Of a stretch of 64,000 nt of DNA, positions 45,751 to 60,336 are shown piece after piece. The DNA is taken from the NCBI RefSeq assembly GCF_009914755.1, contig NC_060937.1; one strand, given 5' to 3'. Below the pieces are notes generated by a model. It ran no database searches. It saw only the letters and a list, made by a program, of their open reading frames with translations, and was not told where the DNA came from. The first letter of the stretch is position 1. The number at the start of each line of letters is the position of its first letter. The DNA comes from the human T2T-CHM13v2.0 reference genome, Homo sapiens. The position numbers and the translations under genes are program-made.

Positions 45751-46829
45751 TGGGCTCCAGAGTCCCTTTCAGCTTCCTGGCTAGGGGTCAGGAAGCCCCG
45801 GCTCCCGCAGCCCATGTGAAAGGTCCCCCCAGCACCTCCGGCCTCGGTGCCCGCTGTGGCACTGCTGGGCAGCTGAATAAAAGCACTTCTGGCAGCATGC
45901 TCGGCCCCTCGTGAGCGCTGGTCTTTCTGAATGTAAACATTTCTCCTGCTCGCTGAGAGCCCCTTGGCGGAGACACTGCCACTGGTGCTCCTGGGCGGTG
46001 CCGGATCCCCTTGGGCAGGAGCAGCGGGGAGCCCCTTCCTGCCCTGGCTGAACAGGTCGGCTGTGCCCTGTGCTCCAGCGCTCTCTGCACCTCATGGCCC
46101 TTCTGCCGGCTGTGGGACCCCCCTGGCCCACTGACTCCGCGTGCACACGCCAGGCGGTGGGGCCCGCTCCTTCCTGCACAGCAACTCTGGCCTGAATGAG
46201 CCCCATTTCCCGAGAGCAGCAGGGCCCTCTGCCTGAACTTCTGAACTGCTCAGACTCCTTGGCCTTTTCCGCGAAAAACTTACTAATCTACAGTTCGATG
46301 CTCTCGTCACTGTCCACTGAACTCCTGTCGTCAGACAGGGAGCCGGGGCTGGGAGCTGGGCCCTGGCATTCCCTGGGGAAATGGATTCCCTTCAGAGGCG
46401 GAGGCAGAGGCGCATCCCCTCACTCGGAAGGCCGGGGCCGTGTCCTGGCTCCTGACGCCCTCCTGCTTCGTCTTCTCTGCCATACTGCCACAGACACTGG
46501 GAGGTTTGTTCCCTGGACCCTCGCCGCTGTCTCTCTTGGACTTGGAGAGTCAGCTATTAAGCACCGGCGGGCTTCTGTCTTTCCAGTCTCTCGGGAGCCC
46601 GCCCAGCTGCTCCAGGAAGTGCATCTGGGCAGTGCTGAACCTGACCTTCCTGCACGCAGCCCTGGGTTCCCTGCACCTCTTCTTGAGCTTTCGCTTGGAC
46701 CTTAAGTCCTTGATGGCCGTGTCCAGGTCCTCGTCACTGTCCAGGGAGCTGCTCTTGTCTTCGGAGCTCTCCTTCTCGTCCAGGTGCCTCACCTCGTCTG
46801 TCTTACCCTGGCCCTGCGTCATGCGAGTG

Positions 46830-48060
46830 TCGCCGGGCCCCTTGGCTGCGCCCTCCCCTCCCGGGACCTCGCTGGCTTTGCCCTGGACGGGCAGGTCCCG
46901 CCCCTCATGGCCGGGCACGGCTCACGCCTGGCTGTGGTCGGCATCCTGGCCACCATCTTTCACCACCTCCCGCGTTTTCTTGGGCGTGGACGGCCTCATG
47001 GCATGGCCGCCGCCTCTACGTTTCCTTTTGCAGCTCAGCAGCGGGTCCGGTGTTTTAGAGAGGGGGGCCTTGGGGCCACTGGTCTGGCTGTTGGGGCCAG
47101 GCGGTGAAAGTGGGCCCTGGGCAGCCTGCGAGCAGCTCTCACCTCTGGCCAGCAAACTCCCCGACTATGCCTGGAGGGTCAAAACGTCTGGATTTCCTGA
47201 TCGATGCTGTCGTCGCTGTCCACGGAGCTACTGTCGCCGTCAGAGCGGGAAGGCACGTTCAGGGAGTAGAAGCGTGGGCTTGCAGAAAGGGACCTGTTGC
47301 TGCCTTACATGGGGGCCGGCAGGGTAGTCTTGGAAATGCCCAAGATTGCTTCCGCGCGCGTCAGTTCAGCGGACGTGTCTGCCTGGCACGAGGACCGTTC
47401 TACAAACTCGTTCCTGGAAGCCGGGCTCGCTGGAGGCGGAGCTTTGGTTTCCTTCGGGAGCTTGTGGGGAATGGTCAGCGTCTAGGCACCCCGGGCAAGG
47501 GTCTGTGGCCTTGGTGGCCACTGGCTTCCTCTAGCTGGGTGTTTTCCTGTGGGTCTCGCGCAAGGCACTTTTTTGTGGCGCTGCTTGTGCTGTGTGCGGG
47601 GTCAGGCGTCCTCTCTCCTCCCGGCGCTGGGCCCTCTGGGGCAGGTCCCCGTTGGCCTCCTTGCGTGTTTGCCGCAGCTAGTACACCTGGATGGCCTCCT
47701 CAGTGCCGTCGTTGCTGCTGGAGTCTGACGCCTCGGGCGCCTGCGCCGCACTTGTGACTTGCTTTCCCCTTCTCAGGGCGCCAGCGCTCCTCTTGACCCC
47801 GCTTTTATTCTGTGGTGCTTCTGAAGGGCTGCAGGGGGCTGCTGGCTTCGGGCTGCCCTTGTTCTCCTGCTTGGTCGTGACCCTGGACTTGAGGCTTCTG
47901 GGCTGCACGTTCGTCTTTGCTAACCGGGGAGGTTTGCGAAAGGCGAACTCTTTATGGGCGCCCTTCAGACCCTGCCGATGCGCCACCTTTGCGGCTAGCT
48001 CTTCGTGGGATTTCAAGAGTGACTTGGTCGAATTTTCGTTTGGGTCTGGTTTTTTATCTA
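46830..48060 (+). promoter_or_regulatory. Imprinted CpG island (CpG85), promoter of the alternative RB1 2B transcript
   Basis: About 1.2 kb CpG-dense stretch of the retrocopy. Maternal methylation and 2B promoter activity are literature knowledge, not visible in sequence. Confidence 0.75.
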
Positions 48061-48849
48061 TTGACCCCATCACATTTTTGGGTCGCATGCTATCTCTTCT
48101 CATTCAGAAGCTGTTCTATTTCCGCCTTAATGCTCTGCTCGAAGGAGTCGTTGCTGCTCGCTCTGACCGGGAAGGCAGAACCCTAGTCCTCACTGGATCT
48201 CACCTGGCTGCCAGGGCCACCACCTGAGCCAGGTACAAGTTTTGGGGGGACACACGGAAGTCGGGGCACTGCCGTGAGATAGTTCTGGCTTACATCTACT
48301 GCCACTGCCTGCAGCCCTGGAAGGCTGGGCTGCGCCTGGCTGGCCCCTGCCAGCCCCGGGCTGTGCGGCTCCACTCTTTGCCTTTAGGTACTCCCGGATG
48401 GCTTCCGCAATGTCCCGGTCCACGGAATCATCATTGAATCTAGCACCAACGGGCCAAAGTCTGCAGTTTCCTCCTCCCTCATGGGGTCAAAGTCAGCAAC
48501 AAGACCACAGGCAGGCAATGCGGGCTGCTCCTTGTGCACGGTGGGCTTGGCAGCTGGCTTGGCGTCTGCCCTGTGGCCCCTCTGTGCAGCGCGCTCATCG
48601 GTGGTGCCCCGAGCAACCCCGCTGCGCTGCAGCGTGCTGATGAGCATCTGCACCCGGGCGCTCACCGACACGCTCTCCACCCCCTCGTCAGCCTCCGAGA
48701 AGCACCCGGGGAACCTAAAGCTCCCTGGTGGGCCAAAGGCCTCCCATTTGGACTGGGGAGCAACCCCTGGAGTAGCGTTCCTGAGAAACATTCTAGCAGA
48801 AGGGGAGGGACGCGCAGAGGGACGACGCTTTATTTCTCTGCCAGCTTCA

Positions 48850-49260
<411 letters not shown>

Positions 49261-49521
49261 TTACGCATAGATTTATTCTTGACCTGACCAACGAGCTCTT
49301 GAAATTCTCTTTGCAACTAGGTCGACTGTGAAACTGCAGCCAGTGTCCCCAAACGCCCCAAGGATAAGGCCTTTATCACTCCGACGCATCCTCTCTCTGC
49401 TTTTTAAATAGACTTTTGACTCGGCCAGGCCCCCTGCCACCCACCGCGCTGACCCTGCCTGCGCTTGCGTCCCGCGTCCCGCATCCGGGGGGAGGCGGCG
49501 GGCCCGGGTCTCTGGGGCTGG

Positions 49522-50201
<680 letters not shown>

Positions 50202-50429
50202 CTAGTTTGTCCACTTTTTAACAGGATTATTTGTTTTCTTCTTGCTGATTTTCTTGAGTTTCTTGTAGATTCTGGATCCTTTGTTGGATGTATAGTTTGT
50301 AAATATTTTCTCCCATTCTGAGGGTTGTCTCTTTTCTCTGTTGATTATTTATTTTGCTATGCAGAAACTTTTTAGTTTAAGTCCCATTTACTTAGTTTTG
50401 TTTTTGTTGCATTTGTTTTTGGTGACACC

Positions 50430-51830
50430 CCCTATTTTTTAGATTCCACATATAAATGAGATCATGCAATAATTTTCTTTCTGTGTCTGCTTATTTCACT
50501 TAGCATAATGGCCTCCATGTCCACCTGTGTTGTGGCAAGTGACAGGATCACCTTTCTTTTTATGGCTGAATAATATTCCATTGTTTATATATACTACATT
50601 TTGTTTATCCACTTCTCTGTTGACAGACACATAGGTTGTTTCCATATTACTTAGCTGTATATAGAAATACAGGTGGTTTTTGTATGTTGATTTTGTACTC
50701 TGAAAACTTGGTGAACTAATTTATTAGCTTCAATAGTTTCTTAGTGAATTCCTTAGGATTTTCTAGATGTAAAATAATGTCATTTGCAAATAGAGATAGT
50801 TTTACTTCTTCCTTTAAAATCTGGATACCTTTTATTTCTTTTTCTTGCCTAATTGCTTTGTCTAAAATCTCCAATAGAATGTTGAATAGAATGATGAGAA
50901 GGACATTGTTGTCTCTTCCTGGATCTTAGTGGGAGACCATCCAGTTTTTCACCATTAAGTAGATGTTAGCTGTGGGGTTTTTGTAGATGCCTTTCATCAG
51001 TTGAAGAATTTTTTATTTCTAGGGTGTTGAGTGTTTTGTTATGAAAGGGTGTTGGATTTTGTCAAATGATTTTTCTGCTTCTATTGATATAATAATGTAG
51101 TTCTTGTTCTTTATTGAAATGGTGTAGTATATTAGTTGATTTTCAGGTGTTAAACCAACATTGCATCTCTGGAATAAGTCCCACTTGGTCACAATGTATA
51201 ATCCTTTTGATATGTTGCTAGATTTGGTTTGCTAATTTTTTTTTTTGAGGATTTCTATACGTGTATTTATAAGAGATTTTGGTCTTTAGTTTTTTTCCTT
51301 GTGCTGTCTTTGTCTGATTTTAGTATCAAGATAATACTGGCCTTTCACAGAATGGACTGGGAAGTGTTCCCTCCTCTTCTGTTTTGATGGGGCAGTTTGT
51401 GAAGAATAGATATTAATTCTTCTTTAAATATTTGGTAGAATTCATCAGTGATGCCATCTGGGCCTGGACTTTTCTCTGTGGAAAGTTTCAAAATTACTAA
51501 TTCAGTCATTTTACTTGTTATAGGTTTATTCAGTTTGTCAGTTTCTTTCTGAATCAGTTTTTATACTTTATATTTTTCTAGGAATTTGTCTACCTCATCT
51601 AAGTTACCTAGTTCATTGGCAAATAATTGTTCATGGCATTGCCATTATAATCCTTTTTATTTCTGTAAGGTTAGTAGTAATTTTTTTTTATTTCATTCCT
51701 GATTTTGGTTAATTTGAGCCTTCTCTCTTTTATCTTGGTCAGTCTAACTAGAAGTTTCTCAATGTTGGTGATTTAAAGTTTTTTTTTCTGGTTTCATTGA
51801 TTTTTCTTTATTTCTCTATTCTCTAAAAAA
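50430..51830 (-). mobile_element. L1M fragments (3' UTR piece, then ORF2/RT region)
   Basis: CCTTTATTTCTTTTTCTTGCCTAATTGC..CCCACTTGGTCA..GGTAGAATTCATCAGTGATGCCATCTGG typical of antisense L1 ORF2. Confidence 0.8.
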
Positions 51831-52364
51831 TTTTGATCAAACGATTTTTCCCTGTTTTTTCACTACCCAATGTTTATACTTAATGTGTGTATTGGATAAC
51901 TCTATTAAAGTTCATCATCATGTACTTTCATCATGTAATAGTCAGATATATCTTATATATAATTGTACTGCCTACTTTTAGAATTGCTTGTTCTTTAAGG
52001 CTTTGACTTCATAAAAGTTTTCACTCTTGGCCAATATTATTTACTACAGCGTGTTTTCTTCTTCATGAGGAACCATGGAAGAAATCTTTGGTCCAAGACC
52101 CATTAAGCTTTCCTGGAGAAGCTAACTAATTAATTTAATTTAACCTTATAGATACTATGAATCTTATAATTGTTTGTTACTGTTTTAACTGCCAGCTTTC
52201 ATGATAGCATGCATTTTGGGGGATACTAACATTTTTCTTGTCATTTTTTTCACCTTTCTATATTTTACTTTCACAATTATAAGTAAATAAAGACTTGTTT
52301 TAACATAAATCACACTTTATAGTAATAAAGAGCGGATCTCTGTTGCTCTCCTTTTTTACTTTAA

Positions 52365-53150
52365 AATTTTTTATTTTTAATTATTATGGAGACATAATAG
52401 GTGTACATATTTATGGGATACATGTGATGTTTTGATACAAGCATATAATGTGTAATGACCAAATCATGGTAGTTGGAGTATCCATCATCTTAAGCTTTTA
52501 TCATTTATTTGTGTTAGGAGCATTCCAATTCTAATCTTTTAGTTATTTTGAAATATACAATAAATTATTGTTAACTATAGTCACTGTATTGTGACTATAT
52601 AGTGTTTCCATAGAACACTAGATCTTGTTCCTTCTATCTAACTGTCTTTTTGTACCCATTAACCAACTCCTCTTTTATCCTCCCATCCCCACTACCCTTC
52701 ACAGCTTCTGGTAATCATCATTCTACTCTGTCTCCATGAGTTCAATTTTTTTTTTTTTTTTAAGCTCTTGCTTGTAAGTGAGAACATGTACTTGTCCTTC
52801 TGTGCCTGGCTTATTTCACTTAACATGATGTTCTCTGGTTCCAAATGACAGGATTTCATTCTATTTTATGGCTGAATAACATTCCATTGTTTATATGTAC
52901 CACATTTTCTTTATCCATGCATCCATTAATGGGCATTCAGGTTAATTCCATGTCTTGGCTGTTGGGAAAAATGCAGCATTCAACATGGGAATGCAGATAT
53001 CTCTTTGATATACTGTTTTTATTTCTTTTGGATATATACCCAGTGGTGGGATTGCTGTATCATATGGTAGTTTTATTTTTATTTTTTTGAGGAACCTCTA
53101 AACTATTCTTTTATAGTGGCTCTACTAATTTACATTGCCACAAGCAGTTG
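52365..53150 (-). mobile_element. L1MA 3' end
   Basis: CATAATAGGTGTACATATTTATGGG..AGCATATAATGTGTAATGACCAAATC..GGAATGCAGATATCTCTTTG. Confidence 0.8.
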
Positions 53151-53299
53151 TGCTTTTGTTTTTTGTTTGTTTGTTTGTTTTTGTTTTTGTTTTTTTTTAC
53201 TGTTTTAACATAATTATTTGGAGCTTCATTCATGATGGCATATGCATCAACAATTTATTTATTCTCATTACTGAGTAGTATCTCACTGCATGGGATTTG

Positions 53300-53615
53300 T
53301 TTTTTTTTTTAAGTTCAGGGGTACATGTGCAGTTTTGTTACATAGGTAAACTTATGTCATGGGGGTTTGTTGTACAGATTATTTCATTGCCCAGGAATGA
53401 AGTCCAATACCTACTAGTTGTTTGTCCTAATCCGCTTCCTCTCCCACCCTCCACCCTCTGATAGGTCCCAGTGTGTCTTGTTCCCCTGTGTGTGTCCATG
53501 TGTTCTCATTATCTAGCTCCTACTTATAAGTGAGAACATGCAGCATTTGGTTTTCTGTTCCTGCGTTAGTTTGCTAAGGATAATGGCCTCCAGCTCTATC
53601 CATGTCCCTGAAAAA
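53300..53615 (-). mobile_element. L1PA13-15-type 3' end
   Basis: AAGTTCAGGGGTACATGTGCAG..GTACAGATTATTTCAT..TAAGTGAGAACATGCAG. Confidence 0.8.
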
Positions 53616-54675
53616 CATTGCTCTTTTTCTATTCCTAGTTATATCCATAGAAATGACCATTGATAGTTTTTGCTTACTCTGTCCCTCCAGTTTTTCCTTC
53701 CTCCAGCATATACACAAGGATTTTAATTTTACCCAATTGAAGTCTTACTTATCTACACCTTTTAACAAGTCATCATCAGTAATTTTGGAATAGGCATTAG
53801 ATTCACATGGTTCAAGATTCAAACGAAAGAAAAGTATAAACAGTAAAAAGTCTCCTCATTCCTTTCCCTAAGCCACCCACTTCTCTTCAGAGGCAACTAA
53901 TAAAAGTTTCTAGTTTTGCATTATTCTACACCTTGCTTTTTTCATTTAGCAATATATCTTGAAGAGCACATCTCCCTCTGTATTTAGCTTAATCCTTTTA
54001 GTGGATTTTTTTTTATTTTTTGGGTATATCATAATTTATTTATGAATTTCATTGTTGAGAGACATTTAGTTTGTTTTTGAATGTGTAATACTACAAACCG
54101 TTGCGGTGAATTATCCTTATATATACATTTTCATGCACAAATGAGAGTACTTTTATAGTGTAGATTCCTAGAAGTAGAACTGCTAGGTCAGAAGGTATTC
54201 ACATTTAAAAATTTTAAATTTGCTCATAGAATGAAGTCTTTGCTCATAGAATAGTCTTTGCTCAAATCTCACTTTACCAAAGAGGCCTATCGTGACCACT
54301 CTGCTTAATACTGTAACCTGCCCCTACTTCTCCCTGAACTTCTCTATCCATTGCACTCTATTCCTTTTCTAGCATAGTATATGGTTTACCTATTTATACT
54401 GCTTTTTGGTTACTGTCTTTTTCCCTCTGCTCCAAGAAACAGGAATGTTTGTTTTGTTCACTAATATATATTTCTAGCAGTTAGAATAGTGTTTGATGCT
54501 TAGTAGGCATTTAGTAAATATTTATTGAATAAATCGAATACATAAGCAAACAGTATCCAAAATTATCCTCCGTAAAAATGCCTAATTTCTTTTTTTTCCT
54601 CTGTATCTCAATGAATAAAAAAAAATACTGACTTTCTTTACCCACTTATTTTGGATTTTTTTGGTCTTGTTTTTT

Positions 54676-56889
54676 GTTTGTTTGTTTGTTTTTGAGTTTG
54701 ACAAATTTATTGGTATTTTATTAAAGACATTCATCTCAGTTGTTTCTCTCTCCCAGCTTGACCTTAGGTTAATATTTCATTTGGGTCAAGAAAAGAATAT
54801 CAGAAGAGGTATGTTATTTTAACAAACAGGAAAATGGACAAAAATGGATAGTTTGCCTACATTAAAGTGAGTTAAATTCAAGTATCTTGATATAATTAAA
54901 TCATATAAGAACTAAGAGTTCTATATACATTTCCATTGTTTTACCTGGGGCTTATTCTAAACTTAAATACTAGTTAACAAAGAGTTAGGAATATACACAG
55001 GTTGCTTCTCTGAGTTATTACCGACTAAAAGAGCTCAGCGAGCAGTTACCACCAATAAAACGGTCTGAAGCTGCCTCCAAATACAATATTGTAGTAGGAG
55101 TTTTCAAGGAAATTTTTATACTGTATTTTTTTTTGTCTGTGACTGTGCTTTTAAAGATGTGTTTAACTGTCACATTAAAAAAAAAGTTCGTATACAATAC
55201 AAAAATACAAAAAGAAAACACCCTACAATACACAAATTCACAAAGTATGTGTGGTGAGATTCCAAAAAATGTTTGAAGATGCATTTTCTTTCCTTCTATT
55301 TCAGTATCTAAAATGTGCTTTTTGAGAGGCCATTGGTCAATATGTATACATTTAAAATAAACCATATAATTTTACTAGTAAGAAAGCCAGTAGTTAAGTT
55401 CAATTCAAATTGGATTTCACAAGTTAGTAATTTAAATCCTTGGACAAAGTTACAGAAAGTGCATCTTCTTGTTTTCCATCTTCATACAATGTTAAATTTT
55501 TTTTTTTTGGTGTTTATACCTTTTAAAAAATAAAAGCAGCCAAATACTTAAGCAATATGTACATTTAAATTTTTGGTGGTGGTTTGTATTTTAAAAGAAA
55601 CAGTTTTCTTATGATTCGCTTCAAGTTCTGGTGGAAATGCTTACAGGAACTAGCTAATAAACAAAAAACAAGAGAAGCACATTCAAAATACTGATTTACT
55701 TTGGTAGCAAATGGTTTTTCTTTGAAGATTAATGAAGATAGACAAGACCCATTAAGGTGAAGTGGGCTATTTCAAATATTCAACAGTTTACATATAAAAA
55801 AGTTATTTTAAGAGCTAAGCGTCTGTATCCACTGATAGCAATGCAACACCTAGTTTATGATGACTTGAAAGAAAACAAATGCCCATGAAGAAAAAAGCTG
55901 TATTTTAATTTTATCTAAATGTACTTTCAGTCAATAGTTCAGTAACATTTTCCTCCCAATACAATACTCCCTCTCTCTATAAGGCTATTCCTGGGAGCCA
56001 GACAAGTTTAGGTAATAAGGGAGTTAAGAGAGTAACTGCTTGCAGTTTTAAATAGACAATTAACTTTTTGCTTCCCTCTTAATGTGCTAATAGTTGTGTC
56101 TAAAAAAATAGGCAATTCTTAAAAAGGTACCATTTCTGATTTCTTTATTATCTGTAAACTTTGGAAACTAATCACACAAAACTACCAAATTAGCAAATGT
56201 CTTGAAATCTGTATACAAAACATAAATTACCTCTAATTTCAAACTCTCATTTATTGGTGTACCACTCAATCTTTTAAAAAGATGAAAAAGAAAAAAAAAG
56301 TGGCTCCAAAGGTAGTCTTATACCATTCTTAAAAAAAGGAAACTGTTCTTTTTAACTTTATACCCACCCACACCCCAATTTCAAAACATCATTTAATTGT
56401 CTTGGTCATAGACATTTCGAAGATGAGATTTTATATTCCACTCCCATAGCTTCTGGTTATCAGAAAACCCATGCTTTCCTTTATTGAAGGAGTTTGGTCC
56501 AGCTGATGTTGGTGTATCCCTTGCAATATTCTTCATCCTCATCTTTGCTTCTGGAGGCCTTTCCTCTGATTCACTATCTTCATCTTCATTAAAAGCTGCT
56601 GCTACTGAAAGAGTTTTTGGAGCAAGAGTTGGAACAGTTTCTTTAGGCTTACTTGATCCAAGTTTGATGGATATGGGTGATGCTTTCTTTGTCGTCTGAC
56701 TACCTATGGCAAATCCAAAGTTGGAGATCTTTGCAGGCTTTGTTGGAGGTCTGCAGCTTCTTCTTCAGCTGATCGCTTCTCAGCGCTGCGGCTGGAACTT
56801 TCCTCTCCATTACTCCAGCAGCTCCAGCTCATTGCGACTTTTCCGGCTTCTCCTCTCCCGCCTTCCCATCAGCCATTTCCCCCGCCGCA
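54676..56889 (-). pseudogene. Processed pseudogene of PCNP (PEST-containing nuclear protein); probably PCNPP5
   Basis: Minus strand ATG 56876 MADGKAGEEKPEKSQ*AGAAG, then ..[60 protein letters not shown]-like..[15 protein letters not shown] (TAA 56393-95). Intronless, ~1.7 kb 3' UTR, AATAAA at 54706-54711, decayed poly(A), short TSD TTGTTTTTT. Confidence 0.93.
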
Positions 56890-59622
56890 TTGTTTTTTTA
56901 AGATTTCAGAAATCTTTCTAATACAAGTTGGGATATAAATAATTAGATATAGAAAATAGCTACAAGGTATTTCTTTTAACTTTCTCCACCCCCAGCTCCC
57001 AGCAGTCAAGAGTCAAGCCCTAAGTCTTGTCCTTTCTGTCAGAAATAGATACAAGAAGGATACAGCAAACACTGCTATAACACCTCTCTCATAGGATTCA
57101 AATCAGTGTGGAGATTATTATAGGCTCCAGATGAGTTAGGATATCTTTAAGTCTCAATTTAATAAAACTAATTGTTTTCCTGTGCTTTAAATATCTCTCC
57201 ATTCTATATAAATATAATATAGATCTAACAGATGTAGTCTTGAAATAGATGGCTATAATGTCAGTGAAGTATTTTTTCCTTATTTATATACATTATAACT
57301 TTCCTTATTTATGTACATTATAATTTTAAAGGCCTGATAGTCATAATTATTGATGTTCAGATTGGTAGTTATTTCTGTCTCTTATGTATTCAACTATAAA
57401 CATTTAATCAAGTTTATGAGACCTAGATATTTAGCAGAGTTTTGGAGTAAATTATTTTATTAAACAAAGAATATAAAATAAACATTTCTACTTATGTTCC
57501 TGTTTTAATTTACCTCATTTATATGCATCTTGATATTGCATTTTCATATTCTAAAAACTATTTTTAAAGACAGGTTGATTCAGAATTACAGTGTACTTGA
57601 AAATCATCAGGTACCTATTATTAGTTTTCACCCACATTGAATCTGTGTTTCAGAAACTGTCTACCAAACTTTGTTTATTAAGTAATTATTTTCCCTAGTT
57701 TTATTCAAGATATACAAAGCTGCCAACTAGTGCTTTTCATCAGCATCAGGTAAATTGTGTTACTATACTGCGTTGAATTTTAGCAAAGGTAAAGTATTTG
57801 CTATTTTAGTTATTGTAGCTTTATTGAAAGCAAACATATAGGTTTTTTAAAGTATTGGAAAACTCGCCAGATTATCATTATATGACTTGGAACCCTAGAA
57901 ACTCCCAGACCACGAGACTTAATGGTTAATGATCTCTTTCAGTTCTCTTTCAACTTGGAATTCTCTTATTCCAATGCCAACTCATTGCTCTTTTGGAAAG
58001 ACCCATTCTTTCCTCTATTGTCTTGGTACCTCCTCAGGACATATTCCCCAAAGTGGAAATGTCAGTTTAAGATAATTTTCAGCATTGTGTAGAATAAGAA
58101 TGGTTAGACAGCTGATGTCAGCAAGATGGTGGAATAGTAGCGCTGTCCTTCAGAAACACCAATTTTGACAACTACCATAGAAAGAATGCCTTTATATTTG
58201 AGCATACATGGAACATTCTCCAGGATCAATCATATGTCAGGCCATAAAACAAGTATTAATATATTTAAGAAGATTGAGATAATATCAAGCATCTTTTCTC
58301 ACCATAATGGCATAAAACTAGCAAGCAAAAATAACAGGAAAACTGGGAAATACTCAAATATGTGAAAATTAAACATGTTCCTGAACAACCAATAGTCAAA
58401 TAAGAAATCAAAATGGAAATTAAAAAAAAAAAATGTGATACAAATGAACATGGAAACAGCACATCAAGATTTGTGGAATGCAGCAAAACAGTTCCAATAG
58501 GAGATTTCATAGTGATAAACACCAACATGAAGGAAACAGTAGGACCCCAGATAAGTAACCTAACTTTACATCTCTCAGAACTAGGTAGAAAAAGAACAAA
58601 TAAGCCCAAAGTAATAGAAGGAGGGGGATAAGAAAGATCACAGCAGAAATAAATGAAAGACTCAAAAAACAATAGAAAAGAGCAAAAAAATGAAGAGTTT
58701 TTTTGAAAAGATAAACAAAATTGATAAACTTTTAGCTAGAATAAGAAAAAAAGAAGATTCAAATAAATAAAATCAGGAATGAAAGAGGAGACATTATGAC
58801 TGATATCACAGAAATACAAAGAATCCTGAGAATACTTTGAACAAATTATATACTAACAAATTGGATGACCTGAAAGAGACAGATTGTTTGCCACATACTA
58901 CCTGCTAAGACTGAATAGCAGAAGAAATAGAAAATCTGAATGACCAATAACAAATAAGGGACTGAATCAGTAATCAAAAATCTACCAATAGAGAAAAGCC
59001 TCAGGACCTGATGGCTTCACTGGTGAATTCTACCAGACATTTGAAGAATACCAATCCTTCTCAAACGTTTTCAAAAATTTGAATAGGAGGAAACACTTCC
59101 AAACTCATTTAACAAGGCTAGCATTACCTTGATACCAAAGTCAGGCAAGGGTATCACAAGAAAAGAAGATTATAGGTCAATATCCCTGATGAACATATGT
59201 GCAAAAATTGTCAACAAAATATTAGCAACAGCACATTAAAGGGATCATACATCATGATGAAATTGGATTTATCTCTGGGATTCAAGGATGGTTCAACATA
59301 TGCAAATCTATAAATATACCACTTCAACAGAATGAAGGACAAATTATGTGATCATCTTAATAGATCCAGAAAAAGTGTTTGACAAAACTTAACGTTCTTT
59401 CATGATGAAAACTCTCAACAAGTTAGGTATAAAAGGAATGTACCTCAACACAACAAAGGTTATACGTGATAAGCCCACAGCTAGCATTATACTCAGTGGG
59501 GAAACCTAAAATCTTTTCCTTTAAGATCAGGATCAAGACAAGGATCATTTGTCACTTGCATTCAACATAGTACTGGAAATCTAGCCAGAGATATTAGGCA
59601 AGAAAAAGAAATAAAAGACATT

Positions 59623-59870
59623 TGCTACAGTTTGAATGTTTTCCCCCTCTAAAACTCATGTTGAAACTTAATTCCCAATATGGTAGTATTAAAGATGGGG
59701 CCTTTAAGAGGTGATTGAGTCCTGAGGCCTCTGCCTTTATGAATGGATCAATCTATTCATGGATTAATTGGTTTTCCTGAGAGTGGCATCAGTGGCTTTA
59801 TCCCAAGCTAACATCTTAGCATGCTCAGTTCTCTCACCATGCGATACCCTGCACCACCTCAGGACTCTGA
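59623..59870 (+). mobile_element. MST (MaLR) LTR fragment
   Basis: TGCTACAGTTTGAATGT..AAAACTCATGTTGAAACTTAATTCCCAAT..GGGGCCTTTAAGAGGTGATT. Confidence 0.75.
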
Positions 59871-60193
59871 GGACTCACAGCTATTATTCAAAAAGTCAGA
59901 AGATAACAGATGTTAGAGAGGATGTGGAGAAAAGGGAACTATTGTTCAATGTTAGTGGGAATGTAAATTGGTATGTCTTTTATGGAAAACAGTATGGAAG
60001 CTCCTCAAAAAATTAAAACTAAAACTACCACATGATTCAGCAATCCTACCTTTTGGTAGATATCCACAGGAAATGAAGTCAGTATGTTGAAGAGATACAT
60101 ACACTCCCATGTTCATTGCAGCATTATTCACAGTCGCAAAGATATGGAAACAACCTAAGTGTCTGTCATTAGATGTATAGATAAAATGTGGTA

Positions 60194-60336
60194 CAGATTG
60201 TTTTAAACTAATGATTGGTTATATCCTGATAAACCCATTGTAAGTCAAAAATATCTTAAGTTAAAATTGCATTAAGATCATGACAAACCCAGTTGAAAAA
60301 TCGCAAATTGAACCATTGTAAGTCAAGGACTATCTG
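60194..60336. mobile_element. MER47 (Tigger5-type) fragment
   Basis: TCCTGATAAACCCATTGTAAGTCAAAAATATC..AACCATTGTAAGTCAAGGACTATCTG. Confidence 0.6.

Noticed and set aside
46440-47327. 295-aa plus-strand ORF, the longest in the window
   Set aside because: Starts at GTG and is the antisense shadow of the GC-rich PPP1R26 pseudo-CDS; no recognisable domain.
58165-59620. Possible active L1 ORF2
   Set aside because: Many stops, frameshifts and nested insertions; a fossil.
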